From: a virus
Lineage: Duplodnaviria > Caudoviricetes
Direction: 5' to 3' (one strand)
DNA length: 64,000 bases
IMG/VR virus record: IMGVR_UViG_3300013426_000001
Location: 64,001 to 128,000 of that record
A program made the translations under genes and the position numbers. Positions within the stretch are counted from its first letter, which is position 1. The number at the start of each line of letters is the position of its first letter. The notes beneath the pieces were generated by a model. That model saw nothing but the letters and a program-made list of their open reading frames with translations, searched no databases and was not told where the DNA came from. Below, piece by piece: positions 29,079 to 37,844 of this stretch.

Positions 29079-30642
29079 CAAAGAGGCTTTTATTGCTGGA
29101 GTATGTGACAAGATAGACGAAAGGCTTCTTGAAGACCGCGTTACAGTTGAAGGGAACGCCGTCTCGATCTTTTTACAAGATTTGACGAATTACAACGATA
29201 TCAATTACAAACCTGAAGATTTTCTAACGAAAGACGGGCGGTTCCTTTTTTGCGTAGGAAAGTCGCTTCGTGATTTGGGATATAATTACCTCGATGAAGT
29301 GACGATTATGTCGAAATGCTCGCAGGAAATCAAAGATAGGATTTCCGCACTCGGCGGTTATAAGACAATTCAGCACCTTCTCGATGTCGTAAATGCCGAA
29401 AACGCCGATGCTATTCTTGATGATTTGACGAAAAGCAATATTTTGGTCAAGCTTTATAAAAGCGGTTTCAATCTTTTCGATGAAGTAACACTCGATAACG
29501 GCAAGCGTATTTCACCGTTCAAGTTGTTTAGAAATTTCACCTCGACAGAAGTTCTCGATTGGTACGACGCAAAAATCAGCGGATTAAGCAAGGTGAATAA
29601 TAACCAAATCATTTACGACGAATACGTCGACTTCGGCGAGAAGTTCATCTCGGATTTACAGAACAACGTCGACAGCGGTGTCTCGTTCGCAGACGCGGGC
29701 GAAGACATAAACGGCGACAAAATCAGCGTCGCGCCCTTTTTGAGTAGTAATATACTCGGTCTTGCGCCTGGAACATTAAGCCTTTTCGGCGGGTTCAGTG
29801 GCGTTGGCAAAACGACTTATATGGTCGGGGTGATTATGGCACTCATTTCGCAGGGGAAGAAGGTTCTCGTCCTCGAAAACGAGATTATGAAGAACAAACT
29901 TTACCTCATGATTTTCAGTTGGTTCATTTCCCGTTATATGGGATATCAGAAACTCCCGAAGAAAAAGCTTGAATCGGGTGTTTATACCGACGAAGAGAAA
30001 AAGGTAATTACCGAAGCCGAAAAACAGTGGAAAGAAAAATTTGCGGATAAATTGCGTGTTGTCGGTTTATCGTCGGCAAACTCGAAGTTAAGTTCTCAAA
30101 TCATCAAAAACTCGGTTCTCCGTTCGGGGTTCGACGTCTTTATCGTCGATACGTTCAAACTCGACGATAGTGCGGACATAAACGGCGCGTTGTGGCAAGT
30201 AATGAAGAATAACATCAGCGAACTCGAAGGGCTGACGAAGAAGTATGGAGTAATCGGTTTGGCGACGGTTCAGTTGACAAACAACGACTTAAAGAGGTTG
30301 TGGCTCGATTCAAGTTGTCTCGGAACATCAAAAGGTATAAAAGAAGTGTGTTCTAACCTAATTTTGCTCAGAAAGCTTGGGGGAGATTTAGAGTTAATTA
30401 ACGGCTCGGATATTTACTGCCGCCCATTCCGTTCGAAAAAGAATGAGCAGGGCGACTGGATAGAAGAACCTTATGACGCAGACCCAAGCAAAGTTTGGAG
30501 AGTTCTTTTCATAGATAAATCACGTTCTGGACCTGACAGCGGCGATACGGGTGTAGCGTATTTGTTGAGATATGACGGAGATCATTGCTCGTTTTATGAG
30601 ACGGCAAAGTGCCGCCCTGTTAGGAAAATCATAAACGGATAA
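29071..30642 (+). CDS. dnaB: DnaB-like replicative helicase
   Basis: GFSGVGKT Walker A, FIVDTFK Walker B, TVQL, DKSRSG. Confidence 0.9.
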   Translation: MINKEAFIAGVCDKIDERLLEDRVTVEGNAVSIFLQDLTNYNDINYKPEDFLTKDGRFLFCVGKSLRDLGYNYLDEVTIMSKCSQEIKDRISALGGYKTIQHLLDVVNAENADAILDDLTKSNILVKLYKSGFNLFDEVTLDNGKRISPFKLFRNFTSTEVLDWYDAKISGLSKVNNNQIIYDEYVDFGEKFISDLQNNVDSGVSFADAGEDINGDKISVAPFLSSNILGLAPGTLSLFGGFSGVGKTTYMVGVIMALISQGKKVLVLENEIMKNKLYLMIFSWFISRYMGYQKLPKKKLESGVYTDEEKKVITEAEKQWKEKFADKLRVVGLSSANSKLSSQIIKNSVLRSGFDVFIVDTFKLDDSADINGALWQVMKNNISELEGLTKKYGVIGLATVQLTNNDLKRLWLDSSCLGTSKGIKEVCSNLILLRKLGGDLELINGSDIYCRPFRSKKNEQGDWIEEPYDADPSKVWRVLFIDKSRSGPDSGDTGVAYLLRYDGDHCSFYETAKCRPVRKIING

Positions 30643-30672
30643 AAAAAATTTAAAAAAACCTCATAAAAACGC

Positions 30673-30701
30673 TTGACAAACAAAACAAGATGTGTTATAA
30701 T
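30673..30701 (+). promoter_or_regulatory. sigma-A promoter upstream of RNA locus
   Basis: AAAACGC-TTGACA-17-TATAAT. Confidence 0.85.
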
Positions 30702-30870
30702 AAATGCGTAAATTGGAGGTAAGGTTATGGCAAGTTTATTTATCGCAGATTTCTTTTTAACAGTCGGGTTTATTCTCGGAATTAAAATTTGGATGAAGAG
30801 AACGGGCGATACCTTCCAAGAAGTTTGTATGAAAATAAGAGACGCGATTATGCGTAAATAAGGAGAAAAG

Positions 30871-31068
30871 ATGTTACCTGAAAGTATTAGAGATAGAGTT
30901 GTCGAAGAGCAGAACGAACTTCGCGACAGAATCACAAAACTTGCTTTGTTTGTTTACTCGGCGAAAATCGAAACCGTCGACGAAAAGCAAGTGAGATTGC
31001 TCAAACGTCAACTTCGTATTATGAGTGAATATGACGAAGTTCTGACAGAGCGGCTCAAAGCAGACTAA
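30871..31068 (+). CDS. small coiled-coil phage protein (crAss001_48-like)
   Basis: RVVEEQNEL..RI.KL..F....LL..QL..M..Y..VL.ER. Confidence 0.6.
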   Translation: MLPESIRDRVVEEQNELRDRITKLALFVYSAKIETVDEKQVRLLKRQLRIMSEYDEVLTERLKAD

Positions 31069-31069
31069 A

Positions 31070-31765
31070 ATACAGGTGCCGAATACCAGAGACGTCGGGT
31101 CAAAAGGTCGGTTAAATGCGGGATTATGCAAGCCTGAGAAAGCAACAACCTCTGAATTGGTGTAAGTGTGTATTAACACCGCCAGGATACGGCGGTATCC
31201 ATGTAAGCAGGAAGTTGCAGGGGTCAACTAAAGGCGGCGGCTCGTTAAGCCGTGTAGCAACCCCTCAAAAACTCTATAATTGCACAGCGGATTGTAGATA
31301 ATGGTGCGGCGCCAACAAGCCGAAATCAATGCAGTACGTAAGGGACTGATGGTTTACTGAGAAACAGAAAATCTCAAAGCTGTAAAAATATTTTAATAGG
31401 TGCTACGAAATCCTCTTAATTATACAAGAGCACTTAAAGTGTGACTTGCTTGCGTAATGACTTAAAGAACCTCGTTGAGTAGAGGTGGTCAGGGTTTAGT
31501 ATCGAGGGAAAGGCGGTAGTAAATGGAGTTGGACGAACAGCCTATATAGAGTTGATGGTGTAAAAATCTCTTAAAACCATCTTACGGAAAGATCCCCAAA
31601 AGGGACTGCGGGCGTTACGATTTTTTCCAGCGCCCACCGCTGACCAACATGCGGGATATAAGTGGCTGGGTCGACAAGTATCAAAAACAGGAATAACTCG
31701 AACTGTTTAGTTCCATCTCGGCTGGACGAGAGGTTTCTCCCCAAAGTACACGGGGATAGGGTTAT
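31070..31765 (+). ncRNA. large structured non-coding RNA candidate (GOLLD/ROOL size class, family unassigned)
   Basis: about 700 nt with no credible ORF and many helices; directly precedes tRNA cluster. Confidence 0.6.
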
Positions 31766-31769
31766 ATGT

Positions 31770-31858
31770 GGAAACTTGCGAGAGTTGGTTTAATCGACTG
31801 GTCTTGAAAACCAGCGACCGTAAAAGGTCCGTCAGTTCAAATCTGACAGTTTCCGCCA
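31770..31858 (+). tRNA. tRNA-Ser(UGA)
   Basis: GGAAACT/AGTTTCC acceptor, CTGGT-CTTGAAA-ACCAG, long variable arm, TTCAAAT, G73, CCA. Confidence 0.95.
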
Positions 31859-32011
31859 CTCGCACGGCTTTATTGATTCCCTGAGCGAGGAAAAGCGAAT
31901 CAATCGACAAACACGTCGTTAGAGTGTTCACTGTGCAGGTATCAGATTGGTTAGTATTACCTGTCGGATTGGTGTTTATCCGTCAATGAGGTGCAAACTC
32001 AAACACAACAT

Positions 32012-32085
32012 AGGCAATTAGCACAAAAGCAGTGCAACCGACTTTGACTCGGTTTACGTTGGAGCGTTACCAGCATTGCCTGCCA
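32012..32085 (+). tRNA. tRNA-Gln(UUG), non-canonical D/T loops
   Basis: AGGCAAT/ATTGCCT, ACCGA-CTTTGAC-TCGGT, T-loop AGCGTTA, GCCA. Confidence 0.8.
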
Positions 32086-32241
32086 TTATGCCGCACGTAC
32101 TTTCACGCGGCGGGGAAGACGAAGAGAAAGCGGAGCTTGAGAAGTGCGCAAACGGAGTAGGTCGTGTGCGCAAGTCATTACTCATCAAGGCAATTACTTT
32201 GGTTAGGCGCAAGATTGCTACGTTTTTGCGAGGAGGTTTAT

Positions 32242-33351
32242 ATGAAACTTAATAAAGCATTTAAATTTAGATTATTGCCAAATCAAAATCAAATAGATCT
32301 CCTTGGAAAAACTTTTGGTTGTTGTAGATCTATTTATAATAAAATGCTTGAAGATAAAATCAAATATTATGAAGAGACAAAAAAGAATTTATCTGTAACT
32401 CCAGCACAATATAAACAAGAATTTGAGTGGTTAAAAGAAGTTGATTCTTATTCTTTGTGTAATGAACAGATGAATTTACAAACTGCTTTCAATAATTTCT
32501 TTAGAAACCCAAAAGTTGGCTTCCCAAAATTCAAAAGCAAAAAGAGTGACAAAAGCAGTTATACAACAAGCAATGTTAGTAATATAATTAGAGTTAACGA
32601 TAAGCACCAAATTCATCTATGTAAACTTGGTTGGGTTAAATTTGTAGAACATCGAAAAATTCCAACTGATTACAAAATTAAATCAGTAACAATTACCAAA
32701 ACTCCATCGGGGAAATATTATATTTCAATTTTAACCGAATATGAATATGAAATCTCCAAAAGAGTTTTAGATAAAAACAAATCTCTTGGATTAGATTACA
32801 GCTCTCATGACTTTTATGTCGATAACCAAGGCAGAAATCCAGAGCATTTACATCATTATTACAGAGATTTGCAAAACAAACTTGCTTTTCACCAAAGAAA
32901 ACTTTCGCATATGGTTAAGGATAGCAACAATTATGCTAAACAGAAAATAGTTATTGCTCGAATACACGAAAAGATTTCTAATCAGAGAAAAGATTTCGTA
33001 GAAAAAGAATCGACGAAACTCGCAGACTTATACGACGTTATCTGCCTCGAAAATATTGATTTGTCAAATATTGCTCAATCGTTAAAACTCGGTAAAAGCA
33101 CGTTAGATAATGCCTTCGGGACGTTCAGAAATAGATTAGAGCAAAAGATGATATTGCAAGGGAAATTGGTCGCCAAAATAGATAAGTGGTTTCCCTCAAG
33201 CAAACTTTGCAGATTTTGTGGTTGCATTAACAAAGATTTGAAATTGTCCGACAGGGTTTGGAAATGTGAATGCGGTAAAACTCTTAACAGAGATGAAAAT
33301 GCTGCGATAAATATTCTTAACAAAGGATTAAAGCAATTGACAATAGCATAA
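32242..33351 (+). CDS. tnpB: TnpB RNA-guided endonuclease (IS605/IS1341-type), no tnpA
   Basis: KAFKFRLLP, GCCRSIYN, GLDYS, CLENI, CRFC/CEC zinc finger, RDENAAINI; GGAGG SD. Confidence 0.95.
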   Translation: MKLNKAFKFRLLPNQNQIDLLGKTFGCCRSIYNKMLEDKIKYYEETKKNLSVTPAQYKQEFEWLKEVDSYSLCNEQMNLQTAFNNFFRNPKVGFPKFKSKKSDKSSYTTSNVSNIIRVNDKHQIHLCKLGWVKFVEHRKIPTDYKIKSVTITKTPSGKYYISILTEYEYEISKRVLDKNKSLGLDYSSHDFYVDNQGRNPEHLHHYYRDLQNKLAFHQRKLSHMVKDSNNYAKQKIVIARIHEKISNQRKDFVEKESTKLADLYDVICLENIDLSNIAQSLKLGKSTLDNAFGTFRNRLEQKMILQGKLVAKIDKWFPSSKLCRFCGCINKDLKLSDRVWKCECGKTLNRDENAAINILNKGLKQLTIA

Positions 33352-33373
33352 AAATATGTTATAATTGAAATAG

Positions 33374-33487
33374 AACCGTTAGAACGACGGGGATAGCTTG
33401 TTGAAACTGATATTGTTTGGTATCTTGAGCAAGAAACTCTGATGTTTTAGCATCGTGAGTAGTTCGCAATACGAGTTTTATTAATCT
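33374..33487 (+). ncRNA. TnpB omega-RNA scaffold / right end plus putative guide
   Basis: AACCGTTAGAACGACGGGGATAGCTTG...GAGTAGTTC, shared with the copy at 48663. Confidence 0.7.
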
Positions 33488-33495
33488 TATGAAAT

Positions 33496-33659
33496 ATGGC
33501 TGTACACGTAACGGCAACGTGACCGAATCGTAAGTGTCGGAAAGGAAATAAACCCTCAATTGAGGCAATCAACGACGGTTGAAAGCGAATGAATTGGGTT
33601 TGAGTTTTCGCGAAAGTGCTCTAACTTTATTGTGAGTTCAAATCTCACCAGCCATTCCA
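33496..33659 (+). ncRNA. giant tRNA-like RNA with about 90-nt structured insertion
   Basis: ATGGCTG/CAGCCAT-T-CCA acceptor, D arm CACG/CGTG, T arm GTGAG-TTCAAAT-CTCAC. Confidence 0.7.
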
Positions 33660-33660
33660 C

Positions 33661-33789
33661 CACCCTGCGGTAGGTATACATACGCGCAGTCCGAAGCTAT
33701 TGGCGGATATGGAATTTGTGTATAGCTAACACACTACGACGGAGTGGACGGGATTTCCCGCGTACCAGACAAAAGAAACCACTCCACCA
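33661..33789 (+). ncRNA. inter-tRNA structured RNA motif, copy A (ends in stem + ACCA)
   Basis: shares CACCCT.CGG.AG / GTCCGAA / TGGCGGATA / ACGAC with copy B. Confidence 0.55.
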
Positions 33790-33866
33790 CGGGGTGTAGC
33801 GCAGCTTGATAGCGCGTTCGGTTTGGGACCGAAAGGTCGGAAGTTTGAATCTTCTCACCCCGACCA
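33790..33866 (+). tRNA. tRNA-Pro(UGG)
   Basis: CGGGGTG/CACCCCG, TTCGG-TTTGGGA-CCGAA, ACCA. Confidence 0.95.
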
Positions 33867-33867
33867 G

Positions 33868-33987
33868 CACCCTACGGCAGACATTCTGAAGATGTTATGT
33901 GTGGTCCGAAAAATGGCGGATAGAGAGAAGGAAGCATTGCGCAATGCTTAGAACGACTGGGAATCTCGACATTAACCTTACCAGCCA
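33868..33987 (+). ncRNA. inter-tRNA structured RNA motif, copy B
   Basis: same conserved blocks as 33661-33789; ends CCAGCCA. Confidence 0.55.
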
Positions 33988-33991
33988 TCAT

Positions 33992-34081
33992 GCTTGGTTG
34001 CCAGAGTCAGTTAAATGGAGCGGATTTGTAATCCGCCGAGCGTCAAAGCTCACGACAGGGCAGAGCTGTCACCAAGCTCCA
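33992..34081 (+). tRNA. tRNA-Thr(UGU) with long variable arm
   Basis: GCTTGGT/ACCAAGC-T-CCA, GCGGA-TTTGTAA-TCCGC, GAGC/GCTC variable stem, T-loop GGCAGAG. Confidence 0.8.
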
Positions 34082-34091
34082 AAATATTTTT

Positions 34092-34139
34092 AGAAACCGT
34101 GTTATTTTGCTTGACACGGTTTCTTTTTTGTGTTATACT
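34092..34139 (+). promoter_or_regulatory. terminator of RNA locus fused to recD2 promoter
   Basis: AGAAACCGTGT...ACACGGTTTCT plus T tract overlapping TTGACA-17-TATACT. Confidence 0.8.
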
Positions 34140-34157
34140 TATCTCAAAGGAGATTTT

Positions 34158-36524
34158 ATGGAAAACCAAGAAAATCAAAACAAAATCACGGGATATTGCG
34201 TGCCGACTCGCTTAATTTACCCGAAAGTCCCGATCGAGGAGTTCGTCCCAGGGAGCTGGGGGCTTCTCGAAGTCGACGTGGGGCAGATATTACAAGGGTC
34301 GTTTCCAGCGGGGTTTAGCAAAAACGGTTGGTTCCCAACGGTCGTGTTCAAAGGGGCGCTCCCGCCGATTGACACCGAGAAAACGTATTACTTCGAGGTC
34401 GAAATGGTCGCGGACGCGAAAAGCCCGTATAAAGTCGGGTTTAACATTTTGTTTATGACGCAGAGGGTTCGTTTAACAAAGTTTGAAGAGCAAAAGCTTT
34501 TCCTCGAAAGCATTTTAACCGAACACCAAATCGACATTTTATACGAAGAACTCGTCGACCCGTTCGAAGCGATCGACAGCGGGGATATATTCCTTCTCTC
34601 AACTGTAAAAGGGATTGGCGAGAAAACAGCAGAGAAAATCGTTGAAACGTATAACCGCACCAAAAAGGACGCAAACGCTTTTCTCGTTCTCCGAGAAGAG
34701 TTCGGGTTGACTGACGCGGCGGTGACAAAACTCCAACAACGTTATCTCTCGACAGACACGATAATCGCGAAACTTCGAGAGAACCCATACGAGTTAATGA
34801 CTCTCGACGGTTACGGGTTCAAAAAGTGTGATGCACTCGCGCTCAAAGGCGGAATGGCAAAAGACGCGAAATTCCGAGTCCGAGCTTACGTCACGCACTT
34901 TTTAACCGACCAAGCCGAGATGGAGGGAAATTCGTGGATTTATCTCCGCGACCTTTTACACGGTGTGGTTGAGTTTATCCCATCGATAAAGAAGGAAATC
35001 TTCGCCGAATGGCTTAAAGAGTGGTCGGGAAGAATTGATTCGGATGAAACCGTGTTTTTGTACTATGACGAAGAACAGAAGAGGATTGGGTTAAAACACT
35101 ATCGTGAACTTGAAGAAAACATCACTGAAGAAGTTTTCAGGTTACTTAACGCGCCGAAAAAAGATTTGAAGAAATACCGTTTTACAATCGAGGATGCGAT
35201 TAAAGAATGCGAACAGGAAAATGGGTGGGAGTACACCGACGAACAAAAAGCAGTAATTTACGGTTGTTTGGAAAACAATATAAGTATAGTAACAGGTAGG
35301 GGCGGCAGCGGCAAAAGTACTACAATGAAACCGATCGCAAGATTTTGTGCCGCTAATAGATTGTCGGTCGCGCAAACAGCGTTATCTGGGCGAGCCGCGT
35401 CTAACTTATCAGAGATAACAAATATTGAAGGCAAGACGATACACAGACTTTTAGGTTATAATCCAAAAGCGGGCGGGTTTGCTTATGATAAAGATAATCC
35501 GATTTCAGAAAATGTTGTTATCGTCGATGAGTTATCAATGAACGATAATGAATTGTTATATCGGCTGTTGCAATCAATACCAAACGGAAGTAAAGTAATT
35601 ATGTTGGGTGACTACGCACAACTTGAGCCAATTTCGAATGGAAATTTCCTAAAAGATTGCCTCGATACAAACGCCGTGCCATGTTACCGCTTAACCAAAA
35701 TTCATCGTCAAGCTCAGAAGTCAGCAATCATAATCGAATCAATCAAAGTCTCGAATGGGCAGCAGATAATCGGTAATTCGGAAATTAGTGAAATAAGAGG
35801 CGAACTCAAAGACCTTAAAATCGTGACTTATAAAGATGCGGATTTATCGCGAGTGAAATTCCTCACGGAATACCGAACGCTTTTACAGCAAGGGGTTTCG
35901 CCTAACGATATAATTGGCGTCGTCCCGATGAAGTTGCGTGGCGCGATGTCGAGTTTCGCGCTCAACAACGACGTGCAAAAATTCGTCAATCCCGATGAAC
36001 ATTTACCCAGCATCAAGTTGGCGGCAGATAAAGACAAGTATTACACGATAAGACTTGGCGACCGCGTAATTAACCGCAAAAACCATTACGACACGATTAC
36101 GCGTGTGGTTTACGAAAGATACGGGTTTGACAAAGACAACCCCGTTGAACCGATATACAATGGAAATCTCGGTTTCGTTACCGATATACAGGAAAATTAC
36201 ATCGTTGTGGATTTTAAGCAGCAAGGCGAGGTCGTGATACCGAAGGCGTATTGGGAAGATGTGCTTCTCGGTTACGTCGTTACGACGCACAGCTTCCAGG
36301 GGAGTCAGTCGCCTTACGTTGTGGTCGGATTAGATATGTCGGCTTACATGCTCTTGTCACGAGAAATGCTTTACACGGCGATTACGAGAAGCAAGAAATA
36401 TTGCGTTTTGGTTGGGCAGATAAATGCCATTAAAAAAGCGACTTCGATTAGCCGCGTCTCGGTAAAACAAACGTGGCTTAAAGAATTATTATTAGAAAAA
36501 GGAGGTAACAAAAATGGGACGTAA
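34158..36524 (+). CDS. recD2: RecD2-like SF1B helicase
   Basis: HhH GIGEKTA, GRGGSGKS, TIHRLL, VDELSM, GDYAQL, HSFQGSQ, LYTAITR. Confidence 0.92.
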   Translation: MENQENQNKITGYCVPTRLIYPKVPIEEFVPGSWGLLEVDVGQILQGSFPAGFSKNGWFPTVVFKGALPPIDTEKTYYFEVEMVADAKSPYKVGFNILFMTQRVRLTKFEEQKLFLESILTEHQIDILYEELVDPFEAIDSGDIFLLSTVKGIGEKTAEKIVETYNRTKKDANAFLVLREEFGLTDAAVTKLQQRYLSTDTIIAKLRENPYELMTLDGYGFKKCDALALKGGMAKDAKFRVRAYVTHFLTDQAEMEGNSWIYLRDLLHGVVEFIPSIKKEIFAEWLKEWSGRIDSDETVFLYYDEEQKRIGLKHYRELEENITEEVFRLLNAPKKDLKKYRFTIEDAIKECEQENGWEYTDEQKAVIYGCLENNISIVTGRGGSGKSTTMKPIARFCAANRLSVAQTALSGRAASNLSEITNIEGKTIHRLLGYNPKAGGFAYDKDNPISENVVIVDELSMNDNELLYRLLQSIPNGSKVIMLGDYAQLEPISNGNFLKDCLDTNAVPCYRLTKIHRQAQKSAIIIESIKVSNGQQIIGNSEISEIRGELKDLKIVTYKDADLSRVKFLTEYRTLLQQGVSPNDIIGVVPMKLRGAMSSFALNNDVQKFVNPDEHLPSIKLAADKDKYYTIRLGDRVINRKNHYDTITRVVYERYGFDKDNPVEPIYNGNLGFVTDIQENYIVVDFKQQGEVVIPKAYWEDVLLGYVVTTHSFQGSQSPYVVVGLDMSAYMLLSREMLYTAITRSKKYCVLVGQINAIKKATSISRVSVKQTWLKELLLEKGGNKNGT

Positions 36525-36783
36525 TTATTTTGATTTCAGCGATGAAGATTCTGATTTCAGCCAGAAGGCGGTCGCAAACGTCGGAACGAGAACCATTAGT
36601 TTGAGTCTAGGAACGATGGCATTTATCATTTCGATGATTTTCATGACACTTAAATTGTGTGGCAAAATCGATTGGTCGTGGGTTATGGTTTTCCTGCCTA
36701 TAATTATCGCGGTCGGAATCAATGTCTTGGCGTTTTTGATCGGTTTGATTCTTTTTATAATTTTTTGTATCAGAGACCGATAA
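36514..36783 (+). CDS. small two-TM membrane protein
   Basis: LKLCGKIDWSWVMVFLP. Confidence 0.7.
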   Translation: MGRNYFDFSDEDSDFSQKAVANVGTRTISLSLGTMAFIISMIFMTLKLCGKIDWSWVMVFLPIIIAVGINVLAFLIGLILFIIFCIRDR

Positions 36784-36787
36784 ACGC

Positions 36788-36816
36788 TTGACAAATGAGT
36801 TCGGGTGTGTTATAAT
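36788..36816 (+). promoter_or_regulatory. sigma-A promoter
   Basis: TTGACA-17-TATAAT. Confidence 0.85.
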
Positions 36817-36887
36817 GCCGTTGAAAACCGTTGAATAAAAGGGCAGTTTTATTTAGCGGTAAAAATTCACTTAAAAGGAGATATGAA

Positions 36888-37223
36888 ATGACAGTGGCGA
36901 TAACACATCACGGGACCCAGAGGATGAAAGAGAGAACGAAAGTTTCTCCGACAAAAGCAATCGACAGAGCCGAGAAGGCGTTATGGTGTGGTAAAGAGCC
37001 GAAAGACTTTCCAAAGAACACGCGTAGATATTTAGAAAACGTTTTACAGAGGTCGGCAGAAGAAGGTCGCGCAGACACGCTTAAAGTCCTCGGAAATGAT
37101 TGTTACCTTTTTTGCAAAGGAATTCTCATCACGATAATTCCGATTCCTGAAAAAGTCCGTAAAGCAGATCAAAAAAATAAAGTAAGAAAATCTCAAAGGA
37201 GAGAAAATTATGAAAACGATTAA
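36888..37223 (+). CDS. hypothetical protein (ITxHxxxRMxER motif)
   Basis: ATG after AGGAG. Confidence 0.65.
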   Translation: MTVAITHHGTQRMKERTKVSPTKAIDRAEKALWCGKEPKDFPKNTRRYLENVLQRSAEEGRADTLKVLGNDCYLFCKGILITIIPIPEKVRKADQKNKVRKSQRRENYEND

Positions 37224-37827
37224 ACTAATTTTATTTTGGCTCGTCCATTGTACATGGGGAATTATAATGACACTCGTCGGTTCCGTCGGAGCGCTCGTTA
37301 TGCTCGTTACGGGGCACAATCCGAAAAAGCACGGCTACTCGATTTACTTCGTTACGGGGCACGGATGGGGCGGAGTTTGTCTCGGACCCTTCTTCTTCGT
37401 AAGCGATGACTGCGACGACATTGATAGCAAGACACACGAGGCGGGGCACAGTCTTTTTCAGGCAATGCCGATGGGACCGCTCTTCCCGTTTTTGGTGGGA
37501 ATTCCATCAATGCTTCGTTATTACCTTTTCGACTTCGATAACCGCAAAAAGAGATTGACTTTTATGGCAATTATCGTTTCGGTCGCGGCGTTTGCTGGAT
37601 TGATTCTCGTTGCCCTCGGCGTCAATTTCCATATCATTATACTCATCATAATCGGGGCGTTGATAGTCTTCTACGCGATATGTATATTTATATGGTTATA
37701 TGCAAGCGAAATAGATAAAATGGATAGTTCGTCATACGGCTACTACGATATATGGTTTGAACGCGATGCGTCGAAGTACGGTTTGGCAAATTATTATAAA
37801 AATAAAAAAGAACTCGAATATGAGTAA
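37210..37827 (+). CDS. membrane protein with HExxH zinc-peptidase-like motif
   Basis: HEAGH, WFERDA, several TM helices. Confidence 0.6.
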   Translation: MKTIKLILFWLVHCTWGIIMTLVGSVGALVMLVTGHNPKKHGYSIYFVTGHGWGGVCLGPFFFVSDDCDDIDSKTHEAGHSLFQAMPMGPLFPFLVGIPSMLRYYLFDFDNRKKRLTFMAIIVSVAAFAGLILVALGVNFHIIILIIIGALIVFYAICIFIWLYASEIDKMDSSSYGYYDIWFERDASKYGLANYYKNKKELEYE

Positions 37828-37844
37828 AAGGAGATTAAAAAATT

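Noticed and set aside
32164-32241. GTG-start N-terminal extension of tnpB
   Set aside because: ATG at 32242 has a GGAGG SD and gives the typical TnpB N-terminus.
33496-33659. tmRNA or intron-containing tRNA
   Set aside because: No G3-U70 pair or tag ORF, the insert is too short for a group I intron, and no anticodon-stem complement lies next to the T arm.
33660-33990. Theta (HDV-like) ribozymes after tRNAs
   Set aside because: The position fits, but I could not build the nested double pseudoknot (P1/P1.1/P3 and catalytic C); kept as an unknown motif.
31116-34318. ORF-track entries 31116-31301, 31707-31931, 33359-33568, 33899-34093, 34015-34215 and 34130-34318
   Set aside because: They overlap tRNAs, structured RNA or recD2, and lack SD sites.
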